Notes under the pieces: model-generated | Database searches by the model: none | What the model was told of the DNA's origin: nothing | The model's input: only the letters and a program-made list of their open reading frames with translations | Shown here: one piece after another, positions 57,495-64,000 of the stretch | Numbering within the stretch: position 1 is the first letter of the stretch | Layout: each line of letters opens with the position of its first letter | Origin: Dehalococcoidales bacterium | Lineage (GTDB): Bacteria; Chloroflexota; Dehalococcoidia; Dehalococcoidales; UBA5760 | Direction: 5' to 3' | DNA: 64,000 bases | Assembly: GCA_034414575.1 (NCBI GenBank) | Contig: DAOULZ010000024.1 | Coordinates: 9,150-73,149 of the forward strand | Made by a program: the position numbers and the translations under genes

Positions 57495-58500
57495 AGAAGC
57501 CATTGAAATTGTTGTTAACGGTGGCTCGCTCAGCTCTACCGAGGCGGCGGGGGTAATGGAAGAGATAATGAGCGGTGCGGCGGCACCGGCTCAGATTGCC
57601 GCCTTCATTACTGCCTTGCGGCTTAAAGGGGAGACGGTTGAGGAGATTAGCGGGCTGGCCAGTGTCATGCGGGCTAGGGCGATTCCGGTGAAGGTAGCCC
57701 CGCCGCTGGTTGATACCTGCGGCATGGGTGGTGATAACGCCCAGACCTTTAACGTCTCCACGGCTGCGTCTCTGGTAGCGGCCGGGGCCGGGCTCAGGGT
57801 AGCCAAACACGGCAACCGGGCCATGAGCAGCCGTTGCGGCAGTGCTGATGTTCTCGAAGCCTTGGGGGTTAAGATTGGTCTTGGGGCTGAGGGGGTGGCG
57901 GAGTGTATTGAAGAAGTGGGTATCGGCTTTATGCTGGCCCCCATCTTTCACCCGGCGATGAAGTTTGCGGCGGCCCCCCGTCGTGAGATTGGCATCCGCA
58001 CCGTGTTTAACATCCTGGGCCCCTTGACCAACCCGGCCCGGGCTGAGTTTCAGGTTATCGGTGTCCCCACTCTGGAACTGGGGGAAAAGATAGCCCTCGT
58101 TCTCCACCAGCTGGGGACAAGGCACGCTCTGGTGGTACACGGCTTGGACGGCTTGGATGAGATCTCAATCACGGGTAAATCGGTGGTTTGGGAAGTAAAA
58201 GAGAGTGGCGTTTTGCCTCCTTACGAAGTTTCACCGCCGGAGTTAGGCTTTAGGGAAGCGAGTCTAGCTGAAATCCAGGGGGGAACACCGCAGGATAATG
58301 CCCAAATCCTGCGCCGTATCCTTAGCGGGGAGCTAGGACCAAAGCGAGATGTAGTCGCCATGAATGCCGCCGCCGCCCTGGTCGTTGGTGGTAAAGCTCG
58401 GGACCTGAGAGAGGGGGCCCGCCTCGCCGAAGCGGTGATTGATAGTGGTCGGGCTTTGGAGAAGCTTGAGACTCTGGTAACAGTCAGTCGGAATCTATAG
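57487..58500 (+). CDS. trpD: Anthranilate phosphoribosyltransferase
   Basis: DTCGMGGD, VAKHGNRA and FNILGPLTNP motifs. Confidence 0.95.
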   Translation: MIKEAIEIVVNGGSLSSTEAAGVMEEIMSGAAAPAQIAAFITALRLKGETVEEISGLASVMRARAIPVKVAPPLVDTCGMGGDNAQTFNVSTAASLVAAGAGLRVAKHGNRAMSSRCGSADVLEALGVKIGLGAEGVAECIEEVGIGFMLAPIFHPAMKFAAAPRREIGIRTVFNILGPLTNPARAEFQVIGVPTLELGEKIALVLHQLGTRHALVVHGLDGLDEISITGKSVVWEVKESGVLPPYEVSPPELGFREASLAEIQGGTPQDNAQILRRILSGELGPKRDVVAMNAAAALVVGGKARDLREGARLAEAVIDSGRALEKLETLVTVSRNL

Positions 58501-58524
58501 CAGACGGTTGAGTAGGTCGGGTAG

Positions 58525-59292
58525 ATGCTTAATAAGATTATTGCTCAAAAAAGAGACGAGGTTAAGCAGCGACGGCAGAGTGTGCCGCTATCTGTGCTTA
58601 AGGAGCGTATCGCTCACCGGGGGGTGGCGCTCGATTTCGCAGCGGCGCTCTCTGGTGAGCAAATCAGGCTGATTGCCGAGGTAAAGAGGGCATCGCCGTC
58701 GCGTGGCCTGCTCTGTCCCGACTTTGAGCCCGTTACGCTGGCGACAAGATATGCTCAGGGTGGGGCTGCGGCTATCTCCGTGCTTACTGAGGAAAACTAC
58801 TTTGGTGGTAGTCTTGATCACCTGCAAGCCATCAGAGAGGCGGTTAAGTTGCCGCTGCTGCGCAAAGATTTTATCTTCGATCCCTATCAGGTATACGAGG
58901 CCGCCGCCTACGGCGCCGATGCCCTGCTCTTGATCGTGGCTATCTTGAGCCAAGAGCAGCTTAGCGAACTATTGTCCCTGAGCCATGGCCTCGGCTTAGA
59001 GTGCCTGGTTGAGGTTCACAACGAGGCCGAAGTTGGTCGGGCGCTCAATAGTGGCGCCAAGGTTATTGGTATTAATAACCGGGACTTAAGGACCTTTGAC
59101 GTTGACATTAACACTACCCGGCGACTGCGTCCCTTGCTGCCGAGGGGGCAAATCGTGGTTAGCGAAAGCGGTATCCGCAGTCGGCAGGATATAAAGAAGC
59201 TTAAGGAGTGGAGAGTTAGTGCCGTGCTCATTGGCGAGGCTCTGGCCACCACGGGCGATATCCCGGCCAAAATGAGGGAGTTTATATTTTAA
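58525..59292 (+). CDS. trpC: Indole-3-glycerol-phosphate synthase
   Basis: IAEVKRASPS, LRKDFI, IGINNRDL and SESGI motifs. Confidence 0.9.
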   Translation: MLNKIIAQKRDEVKQRRQSVPLSVLKERIAHRGVALDFAAALSGEQIRLIAEVKRASPSRGLLCPDFEPVTLATRYAQGGAAAISVLTEENYFGGSLDHLQAIREAVKLPLLRKDFIFDPYQVYEAAAYGADALLLIVAILSQEQLSELLSLSHGLGLECLVEVHNEAEVGRALNSGAKVIGINNRDLRTFDVDINTTRRLRPLLPRGQIVVSESGIRSRQDIKKLKEWRVSAVLIGEALATTGDIPAKMREFIF

Positions 59293-59341
59293 GCTGACTT
59301 CGGGATGAAGAATGAAGTTAGCCGAGAGAAACGAAGTCAAT

Positions 59342-59998
59342 ATGAAAAAAACCCGGGTTAAGATTTGCGGTATTAAGGAAAAGTCCCATGCCCTTGGGGC
59401 TAGTAAGGCCGGGGCTGACTTTATGGGGCTGGTCATGGCTCCCAGCTCCAGGCAGGTAACAGTGGCTCAGGCGCAGGAGCTGGTCAGTGTTATCAAGGAG
59501 TATGGTAAAGCAACCGAGGTAGTAGGCGTTTTTGTCAACATGCCCGCCCCGGCGGTAAACCAGATTGCCCAGGACTGTAATCTGGACTGGATTCAGCTAA
59601 GCGGGAATGAAACCTGGGGTTACTGCCAGATGATTAAGCGGCCCCTGATTAAGGTAGTTCACATCGCCGGGCAGAGCCCTGAAGAAATCGGTGACTATCT
59701 GGCTTATGGCTGCGAGGCTTTGTCCGGCCAGCGGTATCTCTATCTCCTTGACTCCAAGGTTGAGGACAGGTATGGTGGTACGGGGATAGCCTTCGATTGG
59801 AACTTGGCCGGTGCCGTAGCCAGACGATTCCCGGTAATCGTCGCCGGTGGGCTTAACCCGGAGAATGTGGGCGAGGCTATTAAAGCGGCGGCTCCGTGGG
59901 GGGTGGATGTTTCCTCCGGAGTGGAAGTAAACGGGGTCAAGAGTATTAACCGGATTAAGGCTTTCGTTGAGGCGGTAAGGAGGGCTGATGACAGCTAA
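59342..59998 (+). CDS. trpF: Phosphoribosylanthranilate isomerase
   Basis: [11 protein letters not shown] start, then LDS...GGTG and AGGL blocks. The ORF track begins at 59312, but ATG 59342 gives the canonical N-terminus. Confidence 0.85.
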   Translation: MKKTRVKICGIKEKSHALGASKAGADFMGLVMAPSSRQVTVAQAQELVSVIKEYGKATEVVGVFVNMPAPAVNQIAQDCNLDWIQLSGNETWGYCQMIKRPLIKVVHIAGQSPEEIGDYLAYGCEALSGQRYLYLLDSKVEDRYGGTGIAFDWNLAGAVARRFPVIVAGGLNPENVGEAIKAAAPWGVDVSSGVEVNGVKSINRIKAFVEAVRRADDS

Positions 59999-61193
59999 GA
60001 AGAAACGGTTACCCGACGAGCGTGGCTACTTCGGGGGGTTCGGAGGGAAATTTGTCCCCGAGACGCTGATGCCGGCCCTCTCCGAACTGGAACAGGCTTA
60101 CCGTAAGGCTCAAGCTGATACGGAGTTTCAGCAGGAATTTGAGCAGCTGTGTCGGAATTATGTCGGTCGGCCTACCCCGCTGTATCCCGCCGAGCGGCTC
60201 TCGGCCCAAATAGGTGGGGCTGCCATTCTCCTCAAGCGGGAAGACCTGACCCACACCGGGGCGCATAAGATAAACAATGCCCTGGGTCAGGGGCTCTTGG
60301 CAAAACGCATGGGCAAAACGAGGGTCATTGCCGAAACTGGGGCTGGACAGCACGGTGTTGCCGCCGCTACCGCCTGCGCTGTGCTGAATCTCGACTGCAT
60401 AGTGTATATGGGTGAAGAAGATATCAGGCGTCAGTCGTCCAATGTCTTCCGTATGAAGCTCTTGGGGGCTGAGGTGCGTTCCGTAACCTCAGGTAGCCGC
60501 ACCCTGAAGGATGCCATTAACGAGGCGATTCGGGATTGGGTAACCAACGTTACGGATACCTACTATCTTTTGGGCTCGGTGGTGGGACCCCACCCCTATC
60601 CGGTGATTGTCCGTGATTTTCAGGCGATAATTGGTTGGGAGACGAAGGAGCAGGTCACGGCCAGTTATCAGCGCCTGCCCGACTATCTGGTGGCCTGTGT
60701 TGGCGGCGGCAGTAATGCCATCGGTTTGTTCCATCCCTTCTTCAATGATAGAGATGTTAAATTTATCGGGGTCGAAGCTGCCGGGCGGGGGCTGAAGACA
60801 GGGTACCATTCAGCCTCGCTGGTCGCCGGCAGGGTGGGTGTGCTTCATGGTACCAGGTCGCTGCTGTTGCAGGACAAAGAGGGTCAGATATTGGAGACCC
60901 ACAGCTTGGCCCCGGGCCTAGACTATCCCGGAGTGGGTCCAGAACACAGCTACTATCAGGAAACGGGGCGGGCTAGCTATGTGGCCGTGGATGATGACCA
61001 AGCACTGGAGGGTTTCCAGCTTCTCTGTAATACGGAGGGCATAATTCCGGCACTGGAATCAGCCCATGCCGTCTACTATGCCGCCAAAATGGCTGCCGGT
61101 CTGCCGCGTGAGCAGCTTATCGTGGTAAATCTCTCCGGGCGGGGAGATAAGGATTTAGACATCGTCGCCCAAAGAATTGGTATGAAATTATGA
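59988..61193 (+). CDS. trpB: Tryptophan synthase beta chain (TrpB1 type)
   Basis: GGKFVPETL, the PLP-Lys context HTGAHKINN, and the GGGSNAIG and [11 protein letters not shown] blocks. Confidence 0.95.
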   Translation: MTAKKKRLPDERGYFGGFGGKFVPETLMPALSELEQAYRKAQADTEFQQEFEQLCRNYVGRPTPLYPAERLSAQIGGAAILLKREDLTHTGAHKINNALGQGLLAKRMGKTRVIAETGAGQHGVAAATACAVLNLDCIVYMGEEDIRRQSSNVFRMKLLGAEVRSVTSGSRTLKDAINEAIRDWVTNVTDTYYLLGSVVGPHPYPVIVRDFQAIIGWETKEQVTASYQRLPDYLVACVGGGSNAIGLFHPFFNDRDVKFIGVEAAGRGLKTGYHSASLVAGRVGVLHGTRSLLLQDKEGQILETHSLAPGLDYPGVGPEHSYYQETGRASYVAVDDDQALEGFQLLCNTEGIIPALESAHAVYYAAKMAAGLPREQLIVVNLSGRGDKDLDIVAQRIGMKL

Positions 61194-61969
61194 GTCATAT
61201 TGCCTCTGTTTTTAGACCCGGACATAAAGCACTAATTGCCTATCTTACCGTAGGCTATCCCAGTCTGGAAGCAACCTTGGAAGCCGTTACTATTCTGGCT
61301 GATAACGGCTGCGATATCATTGAGCTGGGTATCCCCTTTTCCGACCCCCTGGCTGATGGGGCCACTATCCAGAAGGCAAGTTATCAGGCACTGAAACAGG
61401 GTATCAGCCCACAAGGTTGCCTAGAGGTTGCCCGCAGGTTACGTCAGCGGGTAGCCACTCCCCTCGTGTTTATGAGTTACTATAACCCGATATTCAGCTT
61501 CGGGCTGGAGGCTTTCTGTCAGGCTTCGGCTGGGGTGGGGGTTGACGGTCTAATAATCCCTGACTTGCCCCCGGAGGAGGGGGTGGAGCTGGAGGCAAGC
61601 GCCGTAAAACACGGTCTTGACCTGATATATCTCCTGACTCCCGCCAGCACCGAGGAGCGTATCTCCCTGGTAGCCGAAAAATCTCAGGGGTTCATCTACC
61701 TGGTGTCTCTGACTGGCGTTACTGGGGCCCGGCAAGCTCTGCCCGTCGGGTTAGAGGACTTCGTCAGGGATGTCAGGCGCAGAACCTTAAAACCGCTCTG
61801 TGTTGGCTTTGGGGTGTCTAATCCGGAGCAGGCCAAGCGGGTAGCCAGGATAGCCGATGGTGTCATCGTCGGCAGCCGTCTTATTCAGCTGATCGACGAG
61901 GATGCCACCCTGTCTTCTCTCGAAGCCGCGGTCTCGGGCTTGCGCGAGGCCCTAAACCAATATCATTAG
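61190..61969 (+). CDS. trpA: Tryptophan synthase alpha chain
   Basis: [13 protein letters not shown], the YLVS..GVTG block, and a 4-nt overlap with trpB. Confidence 0.95.
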   Translation: MSHIASVFRPGHKALIAYLTVGYPSLEATLEAVTILADNGCDIIELGIPFSDPLADGATIQKASYQALKQGISPQGCLEVARRLRQRVATPLVFMSYYNPIFSFGLEAFCQASAGVGVDGLIIPDLPPEEGVELEASAVKHGLDLIYLLTPASTEERISLVAEKSQGFIYLVSLTGVTGARQALPVGLEDFVRDVRRRTLKPLCVGFGVSNPEQAKRVARIADGVIVGSRLIQLIDEDATLSSLEAAVSGLREALNQYH

Positions 61970-62082
61970 GGTGGGGGGAGAAATTAAGAGAAAGATTATG
62001 TTATCATAAACGACAGCGTCTAGGTGTCCCGCAAGGGCCGGGGCGCGACTATTTCATAGACCAAATACGATAGGAGGACAAA

Positions 62083-63447
62083 GTGGAGCGAGCAAAGTTT
62101 ATTCTCGACGAAAAGGATATGCCAACTCAATGGTATAACATTCTACCTGATTTACCTGAGCCGCTACCGCCCGAACTTCATCCGGGTACCAAAGAACCCA
62201 GTCGCCTGCCCCCACCCCTGTTCCCCGAGGCTATTAACAACCAGGAGTTCAGCCCGGAGCGCTGGATTGACATTCCCGAGGAGGTACAGGCGGTTTACCG
62301 TACCTGGAGACCAACAATATTGCACCGGGCCCACCGATTGGAGAAGGCGCTGGATACCCCGGCCAAGATTTTCTATAAATATGAGGGTACCAGCCAAGCG
62401 GGGAGTCATAAGCCCAATACTGCGGTGGCCCAGGCTTACTACAATAAGAAAGAGGGTGTCAAGCGTCTGACTACGGAGACTGGCGCCGGGCAGTGGGGCA
62501 GTGCCCTATCCATGGGCTGTATGTTCTTCGGACTTGAGCTAAAGGTATACATGGTCAAGGTAAGCTATTACCAGAAGCCCTACCGCCGCGTCCTGATGGA
62601 GACCTGGGGGGCCAAGTGTGTGCCTAGTCCCAGCCCGGATACCAAAGTCGGACGGGATATCCTGGCTCAAGACCCTGATTCCACTGGTAGCTTAGGTATT
62701 GCTATTGGCGAGGCATTAGAGGACGCCTTTGCCCATGACGACACCAAGTACTCCATAGGCAGTGTCGCTAATCACGTTCTACTGCACCAAACAGTAAACG
62801 GTCTGGAGGCAAGGAAACTGATGATGGAACAGGCAGATGCCTACCCTGATATCATCGTCGGTTGCATTGGCGGCGGCTCGAATTTCGCCGGCCTGTATCT
62901 GCCCTTTGTCAAGGATAAGATTGACGGCACTAGGCCGGATCTGCGTATCATCAATGTCGAGCCGACCAGTTGTCCCACGGTAACCAAGGGGCTCTATGCC
63001 TGGGACTATGGGGATGTGGCTGGACTGGCCCCGATACTCAAGATGCATACCCTGGGTCATACCTTTGTGCCCCCGCCGGTTCATGCCGGGGGCCTGCGTT
63101 ATCACGGGATGGCACCCATCATCTGCCACCTCCACAGGCTGGGCCTTGTTGAGGCGAGCGCGGTGCCACAGCTGGCTACCTTCGAGGCCGGGGTAACCTT
63201 TGCCCGCACCGAGGGTATTGTTAGCGCCCCGGAGACCAACCACGCCATCAGGGTAACCATTGATGAAGCCCTGAAGTGTAGGGAATCTGGCGAAGCGAAA
63301 ACTATTCTCTTGGCGCACAGTGGGCATGGGCACTTCGACATGGCTGCTTACGAAGCCTATCTCTCTGGTAAATTAGAGGATTACGAATACCCTGAGGAGA
63401 AGGTAAAGGAGGCACTGGCTCACCTGCCTGAGGTCCCGGGATTATAA
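62083..63447 (+). CDS. trpB2: Tryptophan synthase beta-like protein, TrpB2 type
   Basis: 454 aa with the N-terminal extension typical of TrpB2 ([15 protein letters not shown]), the PLP-Lys context GSHKPNTA and GGGSNFAG. It is clearly distinct from the upstream TrpB1. Confidence 0.85.
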   Translation: MERAKFILDEKDMPTQWYNILPDLPEPLPPELHPGTKEPSRLPPPLFPEAINNQEFSPERWIDIPEEVQAVYRTWRPTILHRAHRLEKALDTPAKIFYKYEGTSQAGSHKPNTAVAQAYYNKKEGVKRLTTETGAGQWGSALSMGCMFFGLELKVYMVKVSYYQKPYRRVLMETWGAKCVPSPSPDTKVGRDILAQDPDSTGSLGIAIGEALEDAFAHDDTKYSIGSVANHVLLHQTVNGLEARKLMMEQADAYPDIIVGCIGGGSNFAGLYLPFVKDKIDGTRPDLRIINVEPTSCPTVTKGLYAWDYGDVAGLAPILKMHTLGHTFVPPPVHAGGLRYHGMAPIICHLHRLGLVEASAVPQLATFEAGVTFARTEGIVSAPETNHAIRVTIDEALKCRESGEAKTILLAHSGHGHFDMAAYEAYLSGKLEDYEYPEEKVKEALAHLPEVPGL

Positions 63448-63462
63448 ATATTGCTTAGCTAA

Positions 63463-63497
63463 GGGGGTGGGGGCTCAGGTGTCCCCACTCCCTTTTT
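63463..63497 (+). terminator. Rho-independent terminator after trpB2
   Basis: GGGGGTGGGG (63463-63472) pairs with CCCCACTCCC (63483-63492), a 10-bp stem with one G:U pair, followed by TTTTT (63493-63497). Confidence 0.6.
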
Positions 63498-63569
63498 CTA
63501 TTCTTCCCAAGCCCACCTAACTAATTTTTTGGTATAGCGTTATTATAAGTGATACAATATGCCATAGTG

Positions 63570-64000
63570 ATGAAAAGGTTAGGCCTGAAGCATTTATTAT
63601 TAATATGCCTCGTTCTACTCTTATCGCTGCTCCTAAGTAGCGGCTGCGGCGTTATTATCCCTGAAGAGTGGTTTGTGCCACCGCCCGATGTCGAGGAGCC
63701 CATACCATCTACTCCTACTGAGCCCGCTCTCGGTCCTATTGACCCTGAGCAGGCATCCCCGCCACCCTGTAACGGTGGTGAACCCCTGCCCGACTTTGTC
63801 GCCGTCGTGGAAAAGGTTAAACCTTCCGTGGTGGCTATCCAAACCGACACGGGAGCCGGCTCAGGTTGGATTATACGCGGGGATGGCATTATCGTAACCA
63901 ATAATCATGTGGTCAGCGGCGCTCAGACGATTGCCGTAACCCTGGATGATGGGAGAACCTTTACTGCGGAAGAGGTGCGTACCGACTCGCTTACTGACCT
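63570..64000 (+). CDS. HtrA/DegP-family serine protease, probable lipoprotein (partial, runs off window end)
   Basis: Not in the ORF track because it has no stop in the window. From ATG 63570 it reads MKRLGLKHLLLICLVLLLSLLLSSGCGV (lipobox-like), then a Pro-rich linker, then VVEKVKPSVVAIQTDTGAGSGWIIRGDGIIVTNNHVV, the trypsin-fold catalytic His region. Confidence 0.8.
   Translation, partial: MKRLGLKHLLLICLVLLLSLLLSSGCGVIIPEEWFVPPPDVEEPIPSTPTEPALGPIDPEQASPPPCNGGEPLPDFVAVVEKVKPSVVAIQTDTGAGSGWIIRGDGIIVTNNHVVSGAQTIAVTLDDGRTFTAEEVRTDSLTD

Noticed and set aside
1-64000. Scan for CRISPR arrays, cas genes, restriction-modification, toxin-antitoxin or other defence modules, integrases and prophage genes.
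   Set aside because: I found no regularly spaced repeats and no recognisable defence or phage hallmark proteins. The lone HNH endonuclease (51339-51842) is of the widespread housekeeping-associated McrA/COG1403 type and has no partner genes.

Overview
This is a gene-dense 64-kb chromosomal window with about 70 supportable features and no rRNA, CRISPR array, prophage or recognisable defence island. The gene content suggests an anaerobic bacterium with many archaeal-type genes: an A/V-type ATPase, a split methylmalonyl-CoA mutase, TrpB2, a DpsL-like ferritin and a Dph6-like PP-loop ATPase. This is reminiscent of Chloroflexota/Dehalococcoidia, but that is inference only. From left to right the window contains the following. 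(1) The tail of a Mo-hydroxylase Fe-S subunit, then a low-GC islet with a transposase remnant and an orphan membrane protein, then PEP carboxykinase. (2) A wHTH regulator followed by a six-gene operon. Three exported proteins come first, two of them with transcobalamin-like DUF4430 domains and one with the full alpha/alpha-toroid + DUF4430 architecture, and a complete ECF transporter (T, fused A-A', S) follows. I consider this operon the most interesting item: a candidate extracellular corrinoid-capture system feeding an ECF importer. (3) A minus-strand unit of tRNA-Arg, porGDAB (pyruvate:ferredoxin oxidoreductase), NuoE/NuoF/truncated-NuoG-like diaphorase genes and tRNA-Pro. (4) A nine-gene A/V-type ATPase operon whose proteolipid carries the Enterococcus-type Na+-binding signature, with a Ca2+/Na+ antiporter next to it. 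(5) clpP-tig-aspS, tmRNA and smpB. (6) A C4/propionate-pathway cluster: NadB-like flavoprotein, class I fumarase alpha and beta subunits, MDH, biotin-less 5S carboxyltransferase, methylmalonyl-CoA epimerase and split B12-dependent mutase. It ends in a multiply disrupted meaB pseudogene. (7) DpsL-like ferritin, ZIP transporter, cytochrome b5-like protein, M20 amidohydrolase and trxB. (8) rplI-dnaB, a DnaD-domain protein and an unusual tandem-duplicated DnaC-like loader, then HNH, PSP1/RicT, holB and lysA. (9) A Trp-specific T-box leader followed by trpEGDCFBA and an extra trpB2, then the start of an HtrA-type lipoprotein protease. All functional calls rest on motif recognition by eye in the supplied translations. 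No database search was run.
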